In this document: in pieces, positions 17,562 through 26,115 of the stretch | How the letters are laid out: each line of letters starts with the position of its first letter | How positions within the stretch are numbered: the stretch's first letter is position 1 | Source of the DNA: a virus | Taxonomy: Duplodnaviria; Caudoviricetes | Virus record (IMG/VR): IMGVR_UViG_2913091994_000006 | Span: 4,043 to 68,042 of that record | DNA: 64,000 nt | Direction: 5' to 3' (one strand) | Notes under the pieces: model-generated | Databases searched by the model: none | What the model was told of the DNA's origin: nothing | What the model saw: only the letters and a program-made list of their open reading frames with translations | Translations under genes and position numbers: made by a program

Positions 17562-18482
17562 TTACCCCCTGAAACCCGGTGGAATGGTGTTATCCGGTGG
17601 CGAAATATCCTGGATTCGTGCCGGACTGTCGCGCCCACGGTTGCCTCCCCGGTCCTGGTCTTTCGCCAGCCAACCGGTGATAAATTTTTTGATGCCACGT
17701 GCGGTTTTCCGCCGTCGCAGGTCGCTCAGTAGCCATCCCCGTTGGTTACGCAGCGCCTGCCGGACATTGACCGCCGGATACAGCGTCTCAAACTCGGAAA
17801 CCAGTGATTCGGTCACGGAGAACTCAGAACCGTCGTTCAGCGGCAGCCGGATAAACTCAGGGTCATCGGGACGGGGCATTTCAGGCACACCAGCGCTCAG
17901 AGGCCGTCGCTCAGGTCCGGCATGGGCTGGTCGGGTGCCGTCATGCAAATTCAAACCGCATGATCCCCGGTTTTCGTCCGGCTGTGTGGGGCTGATTTTT
18001 TCAGCACCGCGCAAGAGGTTTTGATCTTTTAGATCTGTATCTTTATCTGGATCTGTATCTTTATTAGTTACCTGTTTGTTGACGTCATGTTCAAACACAG
18101 AACCAACACTTGTTGAACATGTGTTACTTTCGCTGACAGATTGCGTTTTCTTCCTGTCCCTTCTGGACTGAACTGATGCTTTTCCTGCTGCGGACCTTTT
18201 CGCTAAGGTTTCTCTGACTGCAGCAAGATCATCCTCGATACGCTCATGAATCCATTCCGTGCCGTTATCAATGAAAAATTCACTCAACGATTCTTCTACG
18301 GCTCCCCAGCGTTCGCTGCTGACCCGCGCAATTTTCGCCAGCCTGTTTTTTGGTATAGCTCTTCCGGTCTGCCAGTAATTGAACATCAGCAGCAAATAAG
18401 CCCCATGTTCCTCTGTGGACAGGTGCATGGTGTCCGCCAGATAATCAGCGATGTAAAGCTGCATGTATGGAAGTGCTGCCAT
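17562..18482 (-). CDS. Replication initiator (YdaU/DUF1376 family)
   Basis: MAALPYMQLYIADYLADTMHLSTEEHGAYLLL signature. Confidence 0.88.
   Translation of the reverse strand: MAALPYMQLYIADYLADTMHLSTEEHGAYLLLMFNYWQTGRAIPKNRLAKIARVSSERWGAVEESLSEFFIDNGTEWIHERIEDDLAAVRETLAKRSAAGKASVQSRRDRKKTQSVSESNTCSTSVGSVFEHDVNKQVTNKDTDPDKDTDLKDQNLLRGAEKISPTQPDENRGSCGLNLHDGTRPAHAGPERRPLSAGVPEMPRPDDPEFIRLPLNDGSEFSVTESLVSEFETLYPAVNVRQALRNQRGWLLSDLRRRKTARGIKKFITGWLAKDQDRGGNRGRDSPARIQDISPPDNTIPPGFRG
18020..18126. repeat. Probable phage origin: short repeats inside the initiator gene
   Basis: GATCTGTATCTTTAT twice plus TGTTGAC/TGTTCAAACA/TGTTGAACA repeats; lambdoid origins lie inside the initiator gene. Confidence 0.5.
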
Positions 18483-18621
18483 AACGCCTCGCTACGCTCT
18501 TTTTCGGGCTATCTGAAAACATGAATAGATACTCACTGTCCCAACCTCTCCTGTGGTGCCGAACCTCCTGACGGTGCTAGCCTGCTGATTCCCCAACCAA
18601 CAGAACCGAAGGAGGTTCGAT

Positions 18622-18885
18622 ATGACAACCTATTGCCCTATATGCGAAGGACCGGCAGCGTATATAATGAGAAGTGCTGAGGACGTTCGCTCCTATCACT
18701 GCCATATCTGTGGCGATTACGATATTCCTGGCGACTGCGCCCGACTGATGGAGAAAGGGAAAATGCATCCTGATCTGTGCCAAAGAATGCGCACCAGAAA
18801 AAAGGGGCAAGTTCCGCATTTCAAAATTAATGAGTACGGCGCTATTGTCCTAAATTTTCTCCCTGCATCTGACATCAACCATTGA
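18622..18885 (+). CDS. Small zinc-ribbon hypothetical protein
   Basis: CPIC and CHIC motifs; RBS GGAGG upstream. Confidence 0.6.
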   Translation: MTTYCPICEGPAAYIMRSAEDVRSYHCHICGDYDIPGDCARLMEKGKMHPDLCQRMRTRKKGQVPHFKINEYGAIVLNFLPASDINH

Positions 18886-19010
18886 TATCGGATATCGCTG
18901 AATAACGGTTAAAGGTCGCCCTATTCGCGGCCTTTAACCTGGTGTTCAGGTAGACGCGATTAACAATTGCCTTTAGCTCGCCAAGAGTGGTGTCCATAAA
19001 CACGGCGGCT

Positions 19011-19682
19011 TTATAAAGAAACGTTCCATACATAACCGTCATTACCAGTACCTTTTAGCCTTTCAGAAACATTGTCAGCACCCAGCCTTATGTCTCCCAC
19101 TTTCTTAAGCTCATAGGTGGGCGCATATGCGGCGGATTTGTCATGCGCGTCAAAGCAAACCAGTTCCCGGTTCTTCCGTCTGTTTAATTCCTTGTGTTGG
19201 TAGTGGGTTTCACTGGCCATGTCCCTGACACTGCTGACGGTAGCCGTTGCATAACGCCTGTAACGCATGAATGGCTTCGTCACACTCCCGCTCAACATCA
19301 GGGATGGGAGCGCCAAGTAGTACCGAGCTTGCGACGTCCGCTTTTTTAAAACGCGCGAAAGCAGATACTCAACGCTGCCGGAAGCGGTGATACTGGAATA
19401 CAGGTCAAAGTCGTTATCCCTGATAGCCCTGGTGATAGCCGGTAGCAGCAGGTTAAATTTCTTGCGATGCTCATCCGTGCGGCAGGTGAGCCAGCGGGTG
19501 AACAAATTGATGCGGTTTCTGCTCCATGCGGCGTAGTCGATGCTGCCGTCAGCATGTTCTATCTGATGAAGGGCAAGGGAAGGGCGATCAGGCTGGTTAA
19601 ACCATTCGTTCGTGATAAGACGAGTGGCCTCTTCCTGGGTGATTCGCCGCGCCCACATTTCCACGATTTCAGGGGTGATCAT
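19011..19682 (-). CDS. CII/YdaT-like regulator with an apparent -1 frameshift near 19345
   Basis: Position after cro; -1 frame gives a helical C-terminus ending at 19210. Confidence 0.65.
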   Translation of the reverse strand: MITPEIVEMWARRITQEEATRLITNEWFNQPDRPSLALHQIEHADGSIDYAAWSRNRINLFTRWLTCRTDEHRKKFNLLLPAITRAIRDNDFDLYSSITASGSVEYLLSRVLKKRTSQARYYLALPSLMLSGSVTKPFMRYRRYATATVSSVRDMASETHYQHKELNRRKNRELVCFDAHDKSAAYAPTYELKKVGDIRLGADNVSERLKGTGNDGYVWNVSL

Positions 19683-19942
19683 CGTTGTTCAACCTCCCTG
19701 TATTTTCTGGCTGTATACTCAAGTTCGTCCTCAAGCCAGAATTTTCGCCAGGAATCAGGAAGCATTTCCTTTCGTGTGACTTTACCGTTGGTGATTATCT
19801 CGATAGATAGTGCTCGGGAGGCGGGTATTCTGGTATACCCCGATGCCATCTGAGACAGAAACGAGGATGTAATGCCCATTTTTAGCGCCATACTGCATAA
19901 TTCACCGCGATCCATTGAGGAAATATAGTCTTTTAAACGCAT
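19679..19942 (-). CDS. Cro/YdaS-like HTH regulator
   Basis: GITSSFLSQMASG...IEIITNGKVTRKEMLPD. Confidence 0.85.
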   Translation of the reverse strand: MRLKDYISSMDRGELCSMALKMGITSSFLSQMASGYTRIPASRALSIEIITNGKVTRKEMLPDSWRKFWLEDELEYTARKYREVEQR

Positions 19943-20040
19943 ACAAATATCCTTTATCTTGAGGTAAGTAAATATTACTTAAAATGGATCAATTGGTAAA
20001 GTGATTGCTTCCTTTTTTAACGTTAATTAAAATTAATGCT

Positions 20041-20391
20041 ATGGAAATAAAAGAAATCAGACGTAGACGCTTGAAGGAGTGGTTTGCCGATGGCAAATAT
20101 CCCGAGAAAGATTCAAGCTACATATCTCAGGTCATCAATGGTAAAGCCATTGGAGAGAAGGCTGCGCGTAGACTGGAGCGTGATTATGAGATGCCGGAAA
20201 TGTTTCTGGATATGCCTTATGATGTCCAGGAAAGCAAAACTGTAGAGCTAACGGACAGGCAGCGTAAGGTTGTAGATTTGCTGGACTCCCTGCCAGATGA
20301 TGAAGTTGATGAGTTTATCGTTAAGCTTCAGGAGCGTAAGGCTTTTTATGATCGTCGTTTACGAGCTTATCTGGCTAAAAATATGCCTTGA
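20041..20391 (+). CDS. Prophage repressor without an S24 peptidase domain
   Basis: Divergent from cro; SYISQVINGKAIGEKAARRLE HTH; 116 aa. Confidence 0.8.
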   Translation: MEIKEIRRRRLKEWFADGKYPEKDSSYISQVINGKAIGEKAARRLERDYEMPEMFLDMPYDVQESKTVELTDRQRKVVDLLDSLPDDEVDEFIVKLQERKAFYDRRLRAYLAKNMP

Positions 20392-20407
20392 TTTTTTTAC
20401 CGTTTAC

Positions 20408-20448
20408 TTGACCACTGAATAAATTTGATCTAATCTCGCCTAAACGAT
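20408..20448 (+). promoter_or_regulatory. Lambda pR'-like late promoter / qut site
   Basis: TTGACC-17-TAATCT, spacer TGAATAAA, then AACGAT pause element, as in lambda pR'. Confidence 0.75.
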
Positions 20449-20468
20449 GGAAAATTGTATCTTATGAC

Positions 20469-20493
20469 ACCCGCCGACACTGGCGGGTTTTTT
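20469..20493 (+). terminator. tR'-like intrinsic terminator
   Basis: ACCCGCC-GACACT-GGCGGGT followed by a T run. Confidence 0.8.
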
Positions 20494-20538
20494 GTTTCAG
20501 ACGAAGGGAAGTATCCCCACAGGGGAGCTACTGGTTTT

Positions 20539-20782
20539 TTATCCGATTCGCCGTAAAAACCTCGTCTTCAGGGCGGGGAGCAGTCAAGGCTTGCCAGTTT
20601 CACTGAGAACCTCCGCTAACAATTGGGCGTCATACTCCAGTTTGTCGATGAGATGGTCAAAATTCACCCAGATTTTTACGGGCAATGCAGTGGCATTTCC
20701 CCCGGCCTCTGGGTGAGAAACGATGTTGAATATTTACATTCTCCCCGCCCTGAAGGTCTGGGTTTTACGGCGCACCTGATAA
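20539..20782. repeat. Two inverted ~50-bp IS200/IS605-like end remnants
   Basis: TTAT..CGCCGTAAAA..TTCAGGGCGGGGAG on + (20539-20587) and on - (20733-20782). Confidence 0.55.
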
Positions 20783-20853
20783 CTCCTCTTTTTAATTATA
20801 TTAACCTATAAGCTAATTTAAAACCGATGTCCTGAAGATAACGGGAGTCCCAC

Positions 20854-21291
20854 GTGGGTATTAAATTTTATCTGCGCGACGACAGAATACGTCGCAATCT
20901 GATTGAATATCTCAATAAACAACCGCTAAGTGTTGATTTCCCCCTGGTAGTGTCATTCTCCGATCCTCGCCGTACACTTCCTCAGAATGCTCTGTTTCAT
21001 GCTTTGTGCGGCGACCTTGTGCGTAATGATGTGCAGTGGGCGGATTCCACCTGGTCAATATCTTCCTGGAAAGCGATTCTGGTATCCGGTCACGCAATAG
21101 CAACCGGAGGGGAAGGGAAAGTTATTTCCGGTATTGAAGGGGAACTGGTGGCTATTCGCGAAAGTACCGCTGCGATGGGGATAAAAAGAATGAATAGTCT
21201 GATTGAATACAGTCAGGCGTTTGCCGTTGAACAGGGAGTGCAACTACGGGAGGTACGTTACAGCGGGGATTATTTCGGACGACTGGTATGA
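20854..21291 (+). CDS. ninB: NinB/YbcN-like recombination protein
   Basis: RTLPQNALFHALCGD and RESTAAMG..MNSLIEY motifs. Confidence 0.8.
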   Translation: MGIKFYLRDDRIRRNLIEYLNKQPLSVDFPLVVSFSDPRRTLPQNALFHALCGDLVRNDVQWADSTWSISSWKAILVSGHAIATGGEGKVISGIEGELVAIRESTAAMGIKRMNSLIEYSQAFAVEQGVQLREVRYSGDYFGRLV

Positions 21292-21482
21292 GAGAAACCT
21301 GGTTCAGATACCCGGACTGTACTATTGAGGAAGCTGAAGAACTAATGAGGCAATATCATCGCCGTGGCGTATCGGTGGAAAAGAGCCTGAATCATGATTT
21401 TATTACATGGACGGTAAGTGCTCTTTTGCCTGAATACCGGAACAAACCGAAGCAAAAGGAACAATGCTGGTATCTGAGATGA
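21288..21482 (+). CDS. Small nin-region hypothetical protein
   Basis: Translationally coupled ORF. Confidence 0.65.
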   Translation: MRETWFRYPDCTIEEAEELMRQYHRRGVSVEKSLNHDFITWTVSALLPEYRNKPKQKEQCWYLR

Positions 21483-21775
21483 AAAGCATTTACCGCAATA
21501 AAAAATGGCTGGCTGCCGTCGGGCAAATAGAGCAATGCGTGTTGTGTGGCAGGTGGGGAACGCAGGTTGCTCACCGCAACGAATCAAAAGGCATGGGACT
21601 TAAAACCGATGACTGCGCCACTGCCGCGCTTTGCCTGGAATGTCATCACGAAATCGATAACGGAAGCCATCTGAGCAGAGAAGAACGCCGTCAGTTGATG
21701 AATAAAGCTATCGTTTTGACAGTAGTTGAGCTTGCTCGTCGAGGACTGATAATTCCGGCAATGATTAAAGCATGA
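21479..21775 (+). CDS. DUF968/DUF1364-like zinc-finger nuclease-type protein
   Basis: CVLCG, AHRN..KGMG.K.DD, LCLECHHEID. Confidence 0.75.
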   Translation: MKSIYRNKKWLAAVGQIEQCVLCGRWGTQVAHRNESKGMGLKTDDCATAALCLECHHEIDNGSHLSREERRQLMNKAIVLTVVELARRGLIIPAMIKA

Positions 21776-21888
21776 TCTTCAGCAGGCTTAGCGAAAATGC
21801 AGTGTATGGGCAGCAGGGACATAGCTTATGATGGATCTTACGACATTACTCACGGGCCGTTCGCGACCTCTTTTGCACTAATGGTTAC

Positions 21889-22236
21889 TCACATATTGAA
21901 CTGGATTCGGGATGCAAAAAACTGCATTCGGAAACGTTCATCAGGTGGCAGATCATTCAGCCATCGTTGAATAAATGCCTTTCGACAATCAGCGCATAGT
22001 CCTTCACCACTTACGCCCGTTAGCACATAAAACAGATCTATTCTCATCGAGGTAAACAGATTGTAAACATACGGCGTCAGAAGATTCATGCTCAGTACCT
22101 CCCAGCCATCGCTGATATAATTGTACTGGCGTTCATTTAACCCCAGCACCATAGCCAGCTTTGCTTTTTTGATACACAGACGCCGGGCCTCGTGTTCAAG
22201 GCGGGTTATTACTGGCAGGTGGTAATCATCCTTCAT
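21889..22236 (-). CDS. XRE-like HTH protein (paralogue A)
   Basis: RLEHEARRL...LAMVLGL...DLFYVLTG. Confidence 0.6.
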   Translation of the reverse strand: MKDDYHLPVITRLEHEARRLCIKKAKLAMVLGLNERQYNYISDGWEVLSMNLLTPYVYNLFTSMRIDLFYVLTGVSGEGLCADCRKAFIQRWLNDLPPDERFRMQFFASRIQFNM

Positions 22237-22248
22237 GTGCTTTCCTTA

Positions 22249-22647
22249 TTAATGTTGAACGGGGTCTTCACCTGTACTGGCGGCTTTCATGAGTTTTTCA
22301 TATACAGGCTCAACCAGTACACGAATATTATCTTGCTCCTCAAGGGGTAATTCCTGAATGGCATAATCAAACGCTTCCAGCATGCGCTCATAGTTTTCGC
22401 TGCGGTACTCCCCGGTCAGCACATAAAAGAGATCAAAGCCTGCGTTATCAAGCGCCGCCTGAACGTCCCCGGACATTTCGTAAACTTTAAAGTCAGGTTT
22501 TTCATCAGCGATGAGGTAGTAGAAATATATGTGAAGCCCCAGAATCTTAGCCATCTGACCATCACTGATTCCAAGGCGCTTCTTCTCCTTGAGGAGCCGC
22601 TTTGTTGGGTTTAAATCCCAGTCGCTCTTTGGTGTTTCTGCTGGCAT
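22249..22647 (-). CDS. XRE-like HTH protein (paralogue B)
   Basis: RLLKEKKRLG...MAKILGL...DLFYVLTG. Confidence 0.65.
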   Translation of the reverse strand: MPAETPKSDWDLNPTKRLLKEKKRLGISDGQMAKILGLHIYFYYLIADEKPDFKVYEMSGDVQAALDNAGFDLFYVLTGEYRSENYERMLEAFDYAIQELPLEEQDNIRVLVEPVYEKLMKAASTGEDPVQH

Positions 22648-22781
22648 AGTAATTTCCTTTTTTGTTTTTTGTGGACAGACATAAGCAACCTATGATCTAT
22701 AGGTGGCATTTTTCAACATTTAATAAGTGTCCCGTAAATCTTCGCTCTGCAAGGGGGTGTCAAACCTAATTTTTTGGTACG

Positions 22782-23060
22782 TCAGGCGTGAGACAAAATA
22801 GGTTTAACTTCCGGCCTGCTACCCTGTGATGCAACCCAAAGTTCGTACTGAGACTGCATGTCAGTCCACATTTCAGCACTGGTTCCAAGAGCTGCTTCGA
22901 GACGCAGTGCCATATCAGCAGAAATACCCGCACTTCCGTTTAAAATACGGGAAAGCGCGGCACGCGTAACATTGAGCGCTTTTGCTGCATCGGTAACAGA
23001 AACATCCCCCAGGTATTCACGAAGAACAGCGCCGGGATGTGCGGGGTTGTGCATTCTCAT
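22782..23060 (-). CDS. higA: HigA-family antitoxin
   Basis: MHNPAHPGAVLREYL...ISADMALRL. Confidence 0.9.
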   Translation of the reverse strand: MRMHNPAHPGAVLREYLGDVSVTDAAKALNVTRAALSRILNGSAGISADMALRLEAALGTSAEMWTDMQSQYELWVASQGSRPEVKPILSHA

Positions 23061-23069
23061 AATCGTTCC

Positions 23070-23351
23070 TTAGTGGTAGTCCAGATAGTCAACAAGGATC
23101 GCATCTTCGCCATCAAAGCGAAACGTCAGTCGCCAGTTACCGTTAACGGATACAGCCCAATGTCCTTTCAGACGATTTCCTCTGAGTGGGTGTAACTCCC
23201 AGCCGGAAGCGGCCATATCATCAGGCTTTTTTGCAACGTTCAGGGCGGTAAGCTGGATCTGAAGTTTAACTGCGTGCTTCGCCTGTATGCCGGAAGTTGA
23301 GCCGGTTTTAAAAAATCTCTCAAGTCCCTTGTGGCGAAAGCTTTTGATCAT
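23070..23351 (-). CDS. higB: HigB (RelE/ParE) toxin
   Basis: MIKSFRHKGL...VNGNWRLTFRF...DYLDYH. Confidence 0.9.
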   Translation of the reverse strand: MIKSFRHKGLERFFKTGSTSGIQAKHAVKLQIQLTALNVAKKPDDMAASGWELHPLRGNRLKGHWAVSVNGNWRLTFRFDGEDAILVDYLDYH

Positions 23352-23453
23352 ATTGCTGTCTCGTATAGTGTATATAAACACTATACATGGTAGTGCGTAT
23401 AAAATCAATATTTGGCATTGAATGAAAAAGGCTGATTACGTTAGTATCCAACC

Positions 23454-23576
23454 GTTGCGGTGAATCCAGCTATGCGCATGGGCGGAAGTGGTTTCAGGAT
23501 AGTTAATTATCAAGGTAGCGCGAGTCACGGTCGGCAGCCAGCCAACGACTCACCGGGAGGCACCCGGCACCGCGAC
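23454..23576 (+). ncRNA. Structured RNA motif copy 1
   Basis: GTTGCGGTGAATCC...GACTCACCGGGAGGCACCCGGCACCGCGAC; covaries with copies 2 and 3. Confidence 0.65.
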
Positions 23577-23582
23577 ACTTCC

Positions 23583-23658
23583 GGCCCTTTAGCTCAGCGG
23601 TCAGAGCAGACGGCTCATAACCGCTTTGTCGCTGGTTCAAGTCCAGCAAGGGCCACTA
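23583..23658 (+). tRNA. tRNA-Ile2 (CAT, ileX/ileZ-like); 3' end reads CTA instead of CCA
   Basis: GGCCCTTTAGCTCAG...CTCATAA...GGTTCAAGTCC...GGGCCA. Confidence 0.85.
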
Positions 23659-23763
23659 TGCAAGTGTAGACTACTAAATAAGTAGCCTACCGATGCGATA
23701 GTCTTTCCACGCATGACTATAAATATCGTCGTGGTGACGGCAGGGAAAGACCTGTATTCATAA

Positions 23764-23838
<75 letters not shown>

Positions 23839-23966
23839 GAATCTCAGTACATCACTCACGAAGAAGGGTAAACCGGAGCGTTTGGTGTGCTGCACAACTG
23901 CATGAGTATTGAAGGAACCTGAATCCGCCTTCTTCGTAGGTCTGGCACTGAGCAGTACTCATGACA

Positions 23967-24198
23967 GTTGTGGTGAATGCGTAGGCTGATACGCTGACGA
24001 GAGAGAGGTCAGTAGAAATACTGAATAGCAGAGAGAGTGGAATGTGGTAGGTGCCACACTGGAGTACCAGACAAAGCTCGTGCAATGTGCAGGCTGACGG
24101 GTTAACGAAGATACGCACCTTGATACGTTAGCCATATGAAATCCAAAAAGTGTTAGTGAAACCACCTTAAGCCGGAGATCAGCACCGGCCACCGCAAC
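23967..24198 (+). ncRNA. Related structured RNA with complementary loops GCTGA / TCAGC
   Basis: Closing stem GTTGTGGTG / CACCGCAAC with internal hairpins GCGTA-GGCTGA-TACGC and GCCGG-AGATCAGCA-CCGGC. Confidence 0.55.
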
Positions 24199-24223
24199 AA
24201 CTAATTGCACGATACAAAGTACC

Positions 24224-24252
24224 AGAGCCTGTTCTTCGGAACGGGCTTTTTT
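24224..24252 (+). terminator. Intrinsic terminator
   Basis: AGCCTGTTC-TTCG-GAACGGGCT followed by a T run. Confidence 0.8.
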
Positions 24253-24334
24253 GTCTCCGTTTGTCGCGTAGTGACTTCACATAACATAGCAACGATATTT
24301 ACATTTAACATTATATCAATTGTAATGTTTTCAT

Positions 24335-24454
24335 GTTGCAGTGAATCCCACTAGCGTAGGGGCGAAAGGCCAGATTTTCATATTGTGCTGATTTTCGCGG
24401 GTCATGGTGTACTGGCGTACCAAAGGCTCATCGGGAGGCACCCGACACTGCAAC
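24335..24454 (+). ncRNA. Structured RNA motif copy 2
   Basis: GTTGCAGTGAATCC...GGCTCATCGGGAGGCACCCGACACTGCAAC. Confidence 0.65.
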
Positions 24455-24461
24455 AACTCAT

Positions 24462-24538
24462 CCGCCACTAGCTCATCCGGACAGAGCAGCAGCCTTCTAA
24501 GCTGTAGGTACGAGGTTCAACTCCCCGGTGGCGGACCA
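24462..24538 (+). tRNA. tRNA-Arg(TCT)
   Basis: Acceptor CCGCCAC/GTGGCGG, anticodon loop CTTCTAA, CCA end, 77 nt. Confidence 0.85.
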
Positions 24539-24606
24539 TATACCCCGTGTAGCTCCGCTGGTCACGCGGCGGCGGTGGCCCATCGTTACAGGGCAAATTT
24601 CAGGCA

Positions 24607-24725
24607 GAAAAAACCCGCCAAAGGGAAGAGGCGGGCAGTAAATACTGAACCTGACACAAAGAAGGAAAATACATCATTTTCATCAGCAGAAGACCTGCAC
24701 ATCAGGCTGATAGTGCAGACACTGC
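24607..24725 (-). ncRNA. Antisense sRNA-like cassette A
   Basis: 5' hairpin CTGCAC..GTGCAG, U-rich middle, terminator CCCGCC..GGCGGG + T6. Confidence 0.45.
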
Positions 24726-24800
24726 GACTTTGCCTGATATTCGTAGTTAAGTGAAACAGATAAATCCTAATAAACCATGTAAACTACGATGTTATTATGC

Positions 24801-24940
24801 AGATGTTGCGGTGAATCCCGTTAGCGCGGGGCAAACTGATCATATACTTCTGTTAACCAACGTTGCAGCAGACATGAGCACCGCGAGTTATGGCAGATCA
24901 ACCAAAGGCTCACCGGGTAGCGACCGGCACTGCAACATCT
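24801..24940 (+). ncRNA. Structured RNA motif copy 3
   Basis: 13-bp closing stem AGATGTTGCGGTG / CACTGCAACATCT; same internal motifs. Confidence 0.65.
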
Positions 24941-24960
24941 ACCTACTCATTGTCTGAATC

Positions 24961-24984
24961 AAAGGCTACTTCGGTAGCCTTTTT
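24961..24984 (+). terminator. Intrinsic terminator
   Basis: AAAGGCTAC-TTCG-GTAGCCTTT followed by T. Confidence 0.85.
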
Positions 24985-24991
24985 CTTTGGG

Positions 24992-25115
24992 TAAAAAAAT
25001 ACCCGGTCAGAGAACCGGGCTGGAATGACGAAAAAAGAGTCAAAAATGTCTTTCATTGATTGCCTCATAGGGTTAAGGCACAAAAACGATAATCATTTCA
25101 GTTTGAAAAGGTCAA
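24992..25115 (-). ncRNA. Antisense sRNA-like cassette B with promoter
   Basis: TTGACC-18-TATCGT, hairpin, U-rich region, CCCGG..CCGGG + T7. Confidence 0.55.
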
Positions 25116-25302
25116 CAGGGTCGCGCTACGGCGTAGTCTTGGTTTTGTGATGGTTATATGTTTTGGGGCTGAGTACATCCTCATACATTAACGATAAACA
25201 GCATCATGGGTGATGTAGTCTGTAGAATATCAACGCTGCGGCTATAGCCATAAAACAGATAACGATTGCGAGTTTTTCGAAAGGACTCATCTGATTCTGC
25301 CT

Positions 25303-25438
25303 GAAAAAAATGCCCGGAATGACGAGACCGGGCAAACTCATTCATGAAAATAAAATATACATTTGACAATTGGAACGCCGCTCACCTTCTGGTATGAACG
25401 GCAGAAGAACCATAAGCATTTCAGTTAAACCAGGTCAA
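25303..25438 (-). ncRNA. Antisense sRNA-like cassette C with promoter
   Basis: TTGACC-18-TATGGT, hairpin, AU-rich region, GCCCGG..CCGGGC + T7; flank duplicated with cassette B. Confidence 0.55.
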
Positions 25439-25500
25439 CAGGGCTGCGCTACGGCGCGGCTTTTTTATTAACCAAAATCGCCAGTCAGACGGGAGAAACT

Positions 25501-25752
25501 ATGTATAAAGTCAAAGTTACCTACATATTGCCGGAAGGTGATTTAGTTCGTGTTGCGGTATGCGCCGTGAAAGAGGACGGCAGTCAGATTTTCCAGATGG
25601 AGATCCAGTCACCATACGAAAAGGGCAAGTCCCTGGACGCCTACGAGCAGGCCGCTATTGAGCAGTACATCTCGACTGTCAGTGATATCGCCGCTTCTGC
25701 GCAATCAGCACCGGCTGAGCCGGAAGTCGCGGAAGCCAGCGCCAAAAAATAA
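25501..25752 (+). CDS. Small hypothetical protein upstream of the holin
   Basis: RBS GGGAG, 83 aa. Confidence 0.65.
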   Translation: MYKVKVTYILPEGDLVRVAVCAVKEDGSQIFQMEIQSPYEKGKSLDAYEQAAIEQYISTVSDIAASAQSAPAEPEVAEASAKK

Positions 25753-25824
25753 TGTTTCCACAGCAGCATAAACGGGTCGCCAGGTGCGGCCCTTTCTTTT
25801 ATCAACCCCCACAGGGAAGCGATC

Positions 25825-26115
25825 ATGCTGGAGAAACACACAACGTGGCTGGCCTATCTGTGGGCGGTGATATGCGGCGTTCTTGCCCAATGGACAGTAC
25901 ACGACTACGGGGCGCTGATTGGCATTATTCTCGGTATCGGTACGTTCTGGGTTAACCGCCATTACAAAAAGAAGCTGGAGCAGACGCAGGCAAGACAGGC
26001 GGCAGCACTGGAAAAGCGTAACCAGATACTTGAACAGATGACCAGAAAGCCGGACAGCGCGACCACTGCCCTGATAGTGGAATCTGAGAGGCTGGATGAT
26101 GCAGATAAAAGTTAA
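25825..26115 (+). CDS. Class II holin
   Basis: Two TM segments then NRHYKKK; precedes the endolysin. Confidence 0.85.
   Translation: MLEKHTTWLAYLWAVICGVLAQWTVHDYGALIGIILGIGTFWVNRHYKKKLEQTQARQAAALEKRNQILEQMTRKPDSATTALIVESERLDDADKS

Noticed and set aside
16665-18024. Long plus-strand ORFs (278 and 198 aa)
   Set aside because: Antisense shadows of the GC-rich replication genes with no recognisable motifs
14584-20407. Recombinase-switchable (phase-variable) inversion of the cI-Q block
   Set aside because: No inverted repeats visible at either breakpoint and no invertase; treated as a fixed rearrangement
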